Made by a program: the position numbers and the translations under genes
Notes under the pieces: model-generated
The model's database searches: none
What the model saw: the letters and a program-made list of their open reading frames with translations, nothing else
What the model was told of the DNA's origin: nothing
In this document: positions 22,403 through 34,120 of the stretch, piece after piece
Layout of the letters: each line of letters opens with the position of its first letter
Position numbering within the stretch: position 1 is the stretch's first letter
NCBI GenBank assembly: GCA_002269645.1
Contig: NIVC01001077.1
Location: 62,001-126,000, forward strand
Direction: 5' to 3'
DNA: 64,000 nucleotides
Source of the DNA: Macrostomum lignano
Taxonomy: Eukaryota

Positions 22403-24927
22403 CTAGGGTGGGCAAACTCTGGCCCATGGGCCAGATCTAGCCTGTGAGGCTCTATTTTCTGGCTTGCCACATAGCTTATCATTTGCATTAAAATCTAGCC
22501 TGTATAAGCCTGGCATTAGAATTTCTAGATTCTAAGGCTACTACTAAAGAGTCCAGACTTTAATAAGCAAACAAAGACTAAGCTATTCCCTTCTCACTTT
22601 ATAGGATATTGTTAGATTCTAAGATTCAAAGATATGGGGTGCCTAAACTTAAGCTCAATTTTGGCTGCATGTCCGTCCTTTTGGGCAAATGGCATACATC
22701 TATAAGTTTTTCCCCTTTCTAGTAGTCTTCCTATCAAGCCTTAGACATTGTTATATTATCTAGAAAAAAAAGAGTTGGTTTGGCCCCTGCACTGTTTAGT
22801 AGGCTATAGCCTGCTGTTGGTAGACCATTTCCTCCTAAATTTGCTTATTTATGTGCCTATTAACTAAAATTTTCTCCTTAAATAAAATATTTTCTTTATT
22901 GTCATAGTGTGTCTCTTATCTATCTAATCATGTCTACTATACCTAAACTTGCTGAAAAGAGAAAAGTAGATCTCAAGTATTGGGCCTTTAAAGCTGATTA
23001 GTAGGAGAAGTATTTTTTGTTGAGCACTTTGGCTAGGCGCAGTGTCTTATCTGCTTTAAGATTATGGCTATCTTTAAAGAATTCAATGTGCGTCGCCACT
23101 GGGAAACTAATCACTAAACATTAGTCTATGCTTCAATCAATGCTTGCTAATAAGAAGAAAGCAAAGCTGTCTAGCAACCTACAGATGACTTTGCTCTTCT
23201 ATAAGCAGACCATTAAGGCAACAAGTTGACTTGTGCAAGTTACAAGGTCTCCTATCTACTAGCTTGCTAGATAAAGCCTTTCTTAGCTAGGGATTTCACT
23301 TCATCAAGGAGTGCCTTGTGGCTATGATGAACTTTGTCTATCTAGAACAGCATTCTGCTTTTGAGAGCATGAGCCTCTCATCCTATACTGTTTAATTTGA
23401 CAGCAAATTGAAGAAATGTTAGACAATGTGCACAACTTGCTAAAGACCTGCTGCTCTAATCCAATTGCATTCTCCCTAGCTCTTAAGAGAGCACTAACAT
23501 GAAGGATACAGCCTAGCTAGCCATTTTTATCCAAGGAGTCACTGCTGACCTTAAGATTCACAAGGAGTTTCTGCAGCTTGTCCTACTGCATGGTACCACC
23601 AATGGCAAGGACATATTTGATGCTGTGCTTCACTGTGTTGAAAAGCACTCACTTAATCTTTCTTGTCTTATATATATGACAACCAATGGTGTCCTAGCTA
23701 TAGTCCTTTTCATACTAGGTGCACGCTTGAACAAAAATCAATAGTTATAAATGCATGTAAAAAAATGAGTGCATACCTATTCTTAAAACTTTGCCAGTTT
23801 TGCGACAATAAATGACCTTTTTTATTTTATAATAGACCCTTTTTGACAGATAATTTGGTTAATTTTTTTTGCTTTTTTGGCAATACTATTTATAGTCAAC
23901 AATTGATATATGCAAATTTGTTTAAATGCTTTATTGCAAGCTTAAAAACTTAGAAAGCAAAAAATTTATGCTAAAAAGGAATTTTTCACCTTTTTTTCTA
24001 TTTCACAATAACTTTTTTGCGTGATTCTATAAAGTGCACACTATGTCTATGTGTATTTTTTTAGGAGTGATGCATGCCAACTATATACGTCTATTTTTGT
24101 ATGCAAGGCCAATGCATGCCTGAATTTTCAGGCATATACTACATGATCTAGAATGTAGTGTCTTAACAATGACTAGAAAGAAGAAAGGCACCATATCAGT
24201 ATCACTGCTAATGCATCACTATGAGACTTCTGGCTATACCCAGCCAATACAAAAAATGCATTGCATTATTTAGGGCTAGGCCCCTATCAGGAGGCCCTAG
24301 GTACCAAGTCTGCCAAACTTGCCGATATCATGTTGATTGTGGTAAAATTGGTCAATTCCATCCTCTCTAGCAACCTTAACTATTACCAGTTCCAGACTCT
24401 AGTGGACAAGATGAATGCACATTATGGAGACCTAGGCCTACTCTACTTCTGCAAAGTCTGCTGGCTGAGCTGAGCCATGGGGCCATTTTTCTATTGCTAG
24501 GGCCTAGTACTATTTTTCATCATTAAATACCAATTGTATAATCTGTAGCAATGAACTAATAACTTTTTCATTAGCGCTGATATTATTGCCTACAATCTAC
24601 ATAATACTACATATTTTATTATTTATAAATATAATAATATAGCTAGGCCTACATATTTTTTAAATGTCTTTTATAGGCCTACTTAAATTTCTCATCTATG
24701 TTAATTCAAGACTTTAGGCCGATATAAAGCATATATATCTGCATATTCCATGATTTTAATATTGTAATCAAGCCTACAATTACAAGCTTGATATGCAAAT
24801 AAACTATCTACCTACCTACTACCTAGGCCTATCTACCAAGAAAGTTGCCTCGTTATTGAGCTGTGGCCCGCGGCTGTTCAATGAAAGTATTATTTGGCCC
24901 ACTCTCTAAAAAGTTTGCCCGCCCCAG
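22403..24927 (+). mobile_element. Decayed hAT DNA transposon (Buster/SPIN/GTF2IRD2-like)
   Basis: 16-bp TIRs ctagggtgggcaaact / agtttgcccgccccag (14/16). 8-bp TSD ccttagtt (22395-22402) / ccctagtt (24928-24935) with central TA, typical of Buster. Transposase remnants from ATG 22930: KRKVD..EKYFF..QCLIC..KEFNVRRHWET, FSLALxESTx..DTAxLAIFIxGV, HCII..QEAL, YGDL..VxWLS. Many stops and frameshifts, and an AT-rich insertion at ~23710-24170. Confidence 0.9.
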
Positions 24928-26334
24928 CCCTAGTTACTAGTTCTGGTTGAAAAGATGGTAGCCTTCAGATAGCAATGTAAAAAATAAAGTTAGATAAGGC
25001 ATTGCGTAGTAGTAGAAGAAATATAATGAGACAGGCAATGAACATACGATATTTGCCATAACTTCTGTAGCATAGTCTCGTTTTTTGGCCAGTGCCGTTT
25101 TCTAGCCGCTTCCTTCATACTGTGGTAGGGCGAAGCTACCACTGTGTTGAATGACTCAATCAATGTAACCCACGGTTGGCACCTTTCCCGTCATCTGCTG
25201 CCCCATCCCCTGCCCCATCCTTTGCCCCATCGTCCGGCATTAATAATTTTTTTTGTTTTTATTTGCATGCGTTTTCTGTTTCCGTGGTTCCGTCCGCTGC
25301 CCAATCCTTTGCCCTATCCTCTGCCCCATCCCTTGCCCCTTGCCCTTTTTGCCCCATCCGCCGCAGGAATTCCCGGTTTTTAATATTTATGTGGCCGGTT
25401 TGGACCGCAAACTTGTTTATGCGCTTGCTCTTGCTCGCTCTCCTTTTCCTTCTCCTTCTCCTTTGTTTGCTTGTTTGTTTAATTAGTTTAAGTCCAGTGT
25501 TTAGTTCATTGAGAACGACCCCCGTAATACTTTTCCTTGTTCTAGTTTAAGGAGTTAATTTGCTTACACTTTAGAAGCTTAACCAGTTACTCTTATTCCG
25601 CACCCGGCATCGCCGCGGCAACTCTCGTTCGTTAGCAATAAAATTGTCGGCAAAAAATCTAATACTTAACAAACATAACGCCTGTTTTACAAATAAGTTC
25701 ATTAATTAATCTCAACTCTGAACGAGCTCTGAGATCTCAACGTTCCGTAATACGAAATCACGGTGGTGGCAGCGCTACACTACTGAAAGAAGTCAGTTAA
25801 GCAAATCAGCTAACAGCAGTGAAATTACGGTGTCAAGACCATTGAGTCTACAATCTGAACGACCGTGCCTGCTCAAGACCGCTCGACTACGATTACGACT
25901 ACCCTAAATACTAAATTGAGGACACGGCAGACGGAGTATTCCTGGAGAAAAGCAATTCGAATCATTCAGTGAAATTTTCCGGCTTTGCGAGTGCCGAGTT
26001 TAGGAAGGCGGAATTCAAAAGTTAGAACCACCCATTTTCCGGTGTCAGCTAACGACAGACCGATTTCAAATTATCAATTCTTTTCTCCGCCCCACCTCAA
26101 TACACATCCTTTCCAGGAAAATGGCTTTATTTTAAAGGAAGTATAACAAACCAAAAAAGATAAAAATATTGATTTTAGAAAATTGAATGTAGTCGCCTGA
26201 AAAAAACTTTAAATAATGCTGGTTAATACTTATTTCAAGCTATTTTTAGAATAGTGCTTTTTCGACCTTTCATAGAAGCAGCCAGCTCAGCCCATCAGCT
26301 GAGCCCGCGCATGGAGCATTGAGTCTGTTAAATA

Positions 26335-29300
26335 GGTTCCTGGACACTTCGTCATCTTAAAACTTCGTCATCTTGATGACGAAGTTACCATGGATTTTGG
26401 ACGTTTCGTCATATCAAAAAATAGTTAGTAAATCTAGATGACGAAGTGACCGAATTTTGAGGACACTTCGTCGTCATCCCAAGATTTCGCAAGGCTGTAA
26501 GTTGTTATTCGATTGTTATATTGTTATAAATTGTTATTCGGTCAATTTAGTCTGTAACAAGCATACGTACAAACCTTAGAGATTTAGTATATTTGGAAGT
26601 ATTAGGTTTAGGATTAAATACACACTTAGAAATTTAACTTGTCGCTATATAATTGGCATCCACTCTATCGCCGCGCTGGCCTGCCACGCCCAAGCGATCT
26701 ACTGCGCCGTCGGCGACTCCAGCTCGCAGGCCATCTCATCCGCGCCGAGTCGTACTGCCCACAGCCGGTGCAGTAGATGCTGCTGCTCACGCTGCAGGCA
26801 CCCTCTACCGGCGAGGTCAAGCGCGAACTTGGCGTTACGTCGACTGTCTGCTGGCTGACTGCCGGTGGCGCGGCCTTTGTTCGCGCCCAAGCCATGAAAT
26901 GCTAGTGCTCGCCATTTATAGTTCTTGGCCTAACTGTTAAAACATAATCAACACTTCAAAAATATGAAGTGATGATAAGGCCTGGCCAACAGCATAGTGT
27001 TGCTGCTTAATTTTAAGCTTTTTCATAAACAAAAAGTAACTGAAAGTTCGATTCGAAAAAATTCTGTAAACTTTTGGCTCGTACCCTAATAGGTTCAACT
27101 TGCCAATGATGGGTTTCGACCTTCGGGCTCCTTGTTAGGGAAGCCTTCGGGCCTCAGGCTCAGAAATAAATCAATTAGAGACCTGGCCCCCACTCCTGTC
27201 AGATGGTTAGCCCCCATGGTAGCTTGATCGTGTGGCGAGCAGTCTAGGTCCTATAGCTAAGAGAGGGAGAGCGAGAGACGAGCAGGGAGAATTTTGAAAG
27301 TAGAAATTAGCTAATCCGCAGATCAACTAACTTGCTGCCACCAGCCCGTGCGCCCTGGCTCACCACACCGGGACTCTCGAAATCGGGCTTCCGACTAGAA
27401 GGGGCTTTGCACTTACCCGCCAACTAGTGTCTTTTGCTGTCAATCTCGAAGTCATAGCCGATGACAAGGGACACTGCTGGGACTAGATCGCATTGGCCAT
27501 GCAGGTACAGAGGGGACTTGTGCAGGGGATTCTTGCAGTGGCGAGACTATGGGGTAGCTACATGTACTATTACATTGCTAAATACGAAGATATGTACTTT
27601 TGGCCTTCAACGCGCCAACTAGCCTCTCATAGCGCTGATGATAGACTAACTCGAACGTCAGAGACCTCGCACGATTCATTACCCGAGCCGCTTGGCTACC
27701 CTAGAGTGCACAAAGTACATCTCTGGCGTCGATTCTGCACTTCTGGCAGTTTTGCTCACTGATTTGATAGATTGGTCGACTGAGAACTGCCTTGCCATTG
27801 GTCCACTGTGACCGGCGCCTACTAGCTTAGCTACTCATCTGAGCCATCGGCGATCAAAGAAATAAAACCGATAAAAATAAGTGTTAGATTTAACCTTCTC
27901 CTTAGTTCGCTTCACACTTCAGATTGAATTGGAGTTTTAGACTACTAGCAGTATTATTGAATGATTTCTGCCTCAGCGACAGCACTACTGAACAAAATGA
28001 GCAAGTGTGCGCCTAATCCAGCTACTGCAACAGGGGACAGATAGGGGATCACCCAATCAAGCAAGTCTAGGTAGCCTCTCACCCAACCAATCAGAAACTC
28101 AACAGCCGGAGACCAGGTAATCCACAGTGACCGAATCGGCTTGATGCTCTGCAGCTGTAGACTCGGGATGATGCTGTCACAATCTTCGCTGTTAGCTAGC
28201 AGGTGATGCTCTTCACTTGATGTTCGCTGCTGATGACCGGGGGACTCGTCCTTGATGATGAGGGGGGGGAGTCGCAATCCGGGGATCAAGAAACGACGGT
28301 CAGGCTCCGGGAGGTCTCCAGCTAGACCAAGTTCCCAGGAGGTTGAGGTCCGAGCGGGCCAAAAACACCGGTTTAAATAGCCGCCAACTGGACCGCAGTT
28401 TGTTATAATGGAACACGTCGATTCTGATTGGCTGAGCCGTTTTGTTAAAATGAGCGCCGAATTTTCTGATTGGCTAAGCTTGTTGCTACCCAGAATCACG
28501 TGACCGGAAGATCCTATCAGTTTCCACAGGGTCGTAAAAAGATGACAGGTGCGGCCATAAATCAATCAAAATCGCAACAAAATGATTTATGACTTTTCGC
28601 GTAGGATTGACAGAAATTAATGAAAAAATATACATTAGAAAGCTCTTATTAAATAGAAAGTGAAGATAATGAAGAGAAATCACTAATCGCTAATCCCAAG
28701 GTACTTTTAGGGGTAAAACGTATAGCTGTCAAAGCTGTCACACGCTTGAGTGAACACGAACAATAGGCTCTGACCTCATAAATCTTGATGGCCTGTCAAA
28801 ATGATGAGAAAAAAGCTACCGCCCGCATCCTCTCAGACCATCTGGCGCCTGCCTCAACACTGAGTGAGGCGCAGGTGGCTGTCAGACCAGCTTCGAAAGC
28901 GATGATTTATGACCCAAAAAGCTGCGCCTATGTTATTATGACTACTAGTATGACCAAACATTATATCTAGTATAGATTCTATGACAATTCGCAGAAAAAG
29001 AGTAAAATGCCCTTAGCCTGCTTGTCAGTAGGCTAGTAAGTTTAGAGCCCATGTGCTAGCGCGGGATTTGGGAAAAAGTGCGTCCTCATCACCAAGCTCT
29101 AATAATTATTTTTGCTTCCTTGTTAAAGCCCTAATATTGGCATTATCACTTCTACAACCGAAGGGGAGGCAACAAAGTATAATGTATGGCCATACATGTG
29201 TAGTTACGTAATGGATTTCTCTTTAAGGACTTAACCAACCCTTGAATCACAATTCCCCATACAGTCTGAGCTAATTAAGAGTTACGTAATGGATTTCTCC

Positions 29301-31233
29301 TTGCTCCACCTGCAGGGACTTAACCAACCCTTCACACGCATACAGTCTGAGCTATAGAGCGTTTTCACCCCCTAAATGTGCTAAGCCGTACGTTTTTGTG
29401 TCTATGAGTGCAACGTGCCAATTCTCCAACCAACTATAACCACAGTGGCGGATCCATTTCCCTGATGTCAGGGAAGTCTGTGCATGATACAATTCTATCT
29501 TTAATTTACTTTAAAATGTATAATTGGAGGCCAGGCATGGCCTGAGTCATGCGTGCTTGATTTTGAAGCTGCTGTTTAGCAGTCACTGCGCTCCGTTTTC
29601 CCTCATGCTATTGCAGGGCTGCCTATTCCACTACTCCCAAGCAATTTTTCGCCGTGTACAGCACATGGGCCTCCAGCGAGCCTATCTCGAGGACCCTGGC
29701 ACGCGAGAATTCTGCCGCTTGCTCATGGCGCTGCCTTATCTGCCAGGCGAACACATGGCTGATGGGCTTGCCCAGGTTATCGCTGGTGTTCAGTCTCCAG
29801 AACTACTCGACCTTGCCGAGTACGTCACCAGCACCTGGCTGGACAGCCCGGTGCATAGTGTCCAAGAGATAAGCGTGTTCGCCCAGTCGATTCGAACTAA
29901 CAACGAGTGCGAAGGCTGGCACCGGCGACTAAAGCAGCGGGCGGAGCACACCCTGCAGCTGCATGACTCTATGGAGTTGCTGCACAAGGAAGCCGAGCTA
30001 GCTTGTGCCAGTTTACGCCTCCCTGGTGCGCGAGCAAGGAGCCCAAGAGCGTCAGTGCAAGTTGCGTTACCAGCAGCTGCAGGAGTCTGCAGAGCGCAAC
30101 TGGGCTAAATATCGAGCTGGCGAACTCTCCATTCGCAGCTTCCTGCTTTAGCTGCTCTCGCCTGGGTCACATCCCTCTCGGTTCGGCGGTCAAGTGCAAG
30201 GTCATCAGTGAGTATATATTTTATGTACGTAAGTTCTTCCTTGATTTTTAAAATCAGCTATGGAATTATTCTATTCGGACAAAATCACTTTTGTAGTTGT
30301 GTAGTAACTTCGAAATTTTACTTAGCTACATTTACCTAAGAAAAATTTAGCTACATTTAGCTACACTTAATATTAGTTGGTACTAGCCTATTAATTCTGC
30401 AGTAATTTAAATGTGTCGGTCTTAATGCTATTCTCTTTGTGCTTTGTGAACTTTGTGATCTTTGTGCCTACATGTATAGCTACGAATTACGGTATTTAAA
30501 GACTATCTTTGTGGGTCGTAACTCCGCCATTGTCTGGTCCCAAGCCCAGAATGTGAAAGGAGGAGGGCGACTATATGTAGATACATATGCATGTATAATG
30601 TCTAATCTTAATCTTTATACATGTAGTTGCATGTACGAGTATACGTATATGTTACATAGGTCACTGGTCAGATCGTCATAATCCATTTTGTCATTCCGGA
30701 TGACGAAGTGACTAAAAGCAAAGTAGCTTTGAAAAATAATATGACGAAGTGACAAAATATCTAGTTATGCTGGATACTTCGTCATCAACCAATTAATCTG
30801 TGTAAGATTCGAGTTAGTGTTTTTTTTAACTATGAGCTGCGGCAAGCAGAACCGAGATCGACAGGTTTTATCAATCGAGATGACAAAATGACTGGGATCA
30901 TTAGGATTTCCAAGTAAATATGTTTGATTGCCACGTTAATTCACTTGAAGTTGGAACTAATATGATTGGTGAAAGACAAAAATGACTTTCTTCAGGTAGT
31001 GCATGCTAATTAAGATGACGAAGTGACCAAAGTCGAGGTGAGCACCCCAGACACCCAGATGACGAAATGACTAGGAACCGTTACATATATATAGCAAAGT
31101 TTTTCATACAAAAAGTGGATGACGAAGTGTCCTGGGAGTAGATGACGAAGTGTCCAGGGAATAGATGACGAAGTGTCCAAATTAGTAGGCCTAATGTGGA
31201 TGACGAAGTTGTAAGATGAAATGTCCAGGAACC
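26335..31233 (+). mobile_element. Mutator-like (MULE) element, ~4.9 kb, with TIRs, subterminal GATGACGAAGT motifs and internal cargo
   Basis: Left end ggttcctggacacttcgtcatcttaaaacttcgtcatc matches the reverse complement of the right end (..gatgacgaagttgtaagatgaaatgtccaggaacc). 9-bp flanks tgttaaata / tactaaata (7/9). Many gatgacgaagt copies at 26345-26480 and 30698-31210. MULE transposase remnant inside. Confidence 0.85.
29535..30180 (+). pseudogene. MULE transposase C-terminal remnant
   Basis: VLDFEAAV*QSLRSVFP, then a frameshift into GCLFHYSQAIFRRVQHMGL..LMALPYLP..YVTSTW..RTNNECEGWH (DFE / GCxFH / RTNNxxEGWH motifs). N-terminal half missing. Confidence 0.85.
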
Positions 31234-31604
31234 TACTAAATAGACTTGCCATGATTTTTACTGCATAGTTTTTTGACATGTGGTTTCATGTTTATAATCC
31301 ATCTATCTCAAAGTTAAAGTCAAACATTTATTGTTGCCATTGATAGGCCTGGCCCAGTAGGTAGGACTTCTCATTCTACCATTCTCCCATTGTCCTATTA
31401 GGCCTAGTAATGGTGTTAATTGCTTGATTTAGCTATTAACTAAATACAAATACTGATAGTGATAATTGTGATAGTTGTAATAGTGATAATTAGTGATAGT
31501 GATGATAATGATAATTGATTACTGTATGTATGATTGGTTACATAGCAAACAATTTATTTTAGTTTGTTTAGGCCTACAATATACAACTGTAATAATACAA
31601 CTGA

Positions 31605-32222
31605 AACTAAGTTGCAATCAGGAGAAACTAAGCTGCAATTAGGAGGAACTAAGTTGCAATTGGGAGGAACTAAGTTGCAATTGGGAAGAACTAAGTCACT
31701 ATTGGGAGAAACTAAGTAGCAATTGGGAGGAACTAAGTTATAATTGGGAAGAACTAATTTGCAATCAAGAGGAACTAGCTTGTAAGTCGCAATCAGGAGG
31801 AACTAAGTCACAATCAAGAAGAACTAAGTCACAATTGGGAGGAACTAAGTTGCAATCGGTAAGAACTAAGTTGTAATTGGGAAGAACTAATTCGCAATCA
31901 AGACAAGAGGAACTAGCTTGTAAGTCACAATCGAGAGGAACTAAGTCAGAATCAGGAAGAAATAAGTCGCAATCGGGAGGAACTAAGTTGCAATTGTGAG
32001 GAACTAAGTCATAATTGGGAAAAACTAATTTGCAATCAAGAGGAACTAGCTCATAAGTCGCAATCAGGAGGAACTAAGTTGCAATCAAGAAGAACTAAGT
32101 CCCAATCGAGAGGAACTAAGTTGCAATCAGGAGGAACTAAGTCGTAATTGGGAAGAACTAATTCGCAATCAAGAGGAACTAGCTTGTAAGTCACAATTGA
32201 GAGGAACTAAGTTGCAATTGAG
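31605..32222. repeat. ~21-bp degenerate minisatellite
   Basis: Unit gggaggaactaagttgcaatt with variants. Confidence 0.88.
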
Positions 32223-32607
32223 AGATTTTTCTGCCTGTTGTCTAGGTGTTGCAGTAGTATATTGAGGCGTATGATGGCAAATTTTTGAAGGTATGATACA
32301 TAGAAGGCTCCAATTTGTGTGCAGCACAATGGTATTAGAAGAAATTGTTTATTGCCCATGGTTTTAGCAAACTTGTAAGTCCAACTCAACTTCCTGTCAT
32401 CACAGATGTTTTATCTGTTGTAATGCCCCATAGTCTTGCAAAAAAACTGTCAGAATACTATCTTGAGTAAGTAAATCTTTTAGCATATCATGCTTTGTCT
32501 TGTTTCTGTGTTTGACAGTTGCTTAAATCTATAGAAGTACATTATTGGTTTGCTCTTCTCAAGCATCCAAAAATATATCATTAGGTAACTATTTATAACT
32601 GTTTGTA

Positions 32608-32644
<37 letters not shown>

Positions 32645-33762
32645 GTCCTCCAAGAAAAAGATATATAGATATATAGATAATATAATTAATATAATATTAA
32701 TATATTATATCTTTTTCTTGGAGGACTCTCACTTCTTTGGCCATCAGTCTCAGTCTCCCAATCTAAGTCCAAATGAATGGCTATATGTGGTCATTTGATC
32801 CGCACTTCAGTATCAGCATCAGTTGATGGGCAAGATTCTATAGCAATAGATTCAGTATGAGCATTACGCCATTGTACAAATTCTGTCTCAAGATATCTAG
32901 TTTCATTCATTTCAAAAACAGCTTCTCTTTTAACTAATATTACTTGAGAAAATAAATATGTGTGGGTTGTTATATCTGCACTATGAATCTCAATTTTCCC
33001 ATTCTGCATAGATATATCTCTATTAGAAGCAACAACCTCTGGATTTTGCACCACCATTAACAGTCTCTTTCTGTGTGAGCTTGCTCAATATTGGGATGGT
33101 GGTGCTTCTAGTTCCCTTGAATGTGCTGCAGCTGTACCATCATTTGATCCCTAGGCTACACTTAACTTAAGATTGCTAGTAATTTTTTTCTAATATCCAA
33201 TGCATACCAGAACAATTATTAACTTCTCCAGGAGTTATAGGACCAAGTTTCCATTATGTAAAGAGCAATGGATTTTGCTTTTCAACTGCAAAAAAGGAGC
33301 ACCAGTTGATAGAATAAATAGTCTAAGTCTTCATGGCCTTTTTCATCCTATTCACATGCAGAATTCAGTATACTTTCATACATTTCTGCTCACTGCATTG
33401 CAGCGCCTTTACCTACAAACACAAGTTGCATGTCATTATGTATAGTCAGGTTCAGGTCTATCTTTAAACGAAGTATATAATGACTCAAAAAATGTACACA
33501 CATATATATGAGTCGCTGGCGCATGAATGTATATATACAAGTTAGTTTGCCAGACATATAGTACAATATGTAGAGTATAGTCTACAGGGTACAGGCTATA
33601 GTGCAGTTTAGTACTGCAGTCTACAATGCTGCATAAGTGAATAAGTGAATGATAAATCAATGGGAAAGAAAGTGAGGGCAGAAAAAAAATGAAGAGAAAT
33701 GAGGTACTTCCATTTTTTAATAAGCACAAATGTGCAGTGTGCTATATCCCAGTCCTTTTTTT

Positions 33763-34120
33763 ATTAGAGGCAAGGGGTTGTGCACACCCTGGTGCATTTT
33801 AGGCGACATAGGCACACAACTGGCAAGAGGCATTATTGCCCATTCCACCAACTCCCCTTAAGCAGGCATACAAGCGCGCGGATACGTACGCAGACACACA
33901 TTCACACAGGAATGTACAGCGGTCCTAACTTTATATTATCATTAGTATCATTATATACATTTCACTGCGCCTTGGGGGGTTGGCTCTCAAGGCCATTAAT
34001 TGCACAAGCAGAGCCAAGCAGAGATTCCAATTCAGCCCTAAATTAATGTGACTGCACTTGGAATCGAGCCTGGGTTGCTGGCACACCAGAGCAGCTGCGT
34101 TACCGCTGGGCTATGCCCCC
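33763..34120 (-). mobile_element. tRNA-derived SINE, near full length
   Basis: Minus strand head GGGGGCATAGCCCAGCGGTAACGCAG..GGCTCGATTCC (A- and B-box-like). Body aligns by eye with copies at 42963, 58963 and 59685. Confidence 0.75.

Noticed and set aside
25144-26330. Short ORFs and a possible non-coding first exon of Csk (GTAAGC on minus at ~25567)
   Set aside because: Low-complexity ORFs; no evidence linking this donor to Csk without transcript data.
27065-28742. Solo LTR (TG..CA ends, AATAAA, promoter motifs) and ORF 27954..28565
   Set aside because: No target-site duplication, second LTR or PBS found; the ORF has no recognisable motif. Left unclassified.
34055-34120. tRNA gene (A/B boxes present)
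   Set aside because: No complete cloverleaf or acceptor stem; attached to a shared dispersed body, so interpreted as a SINE head.
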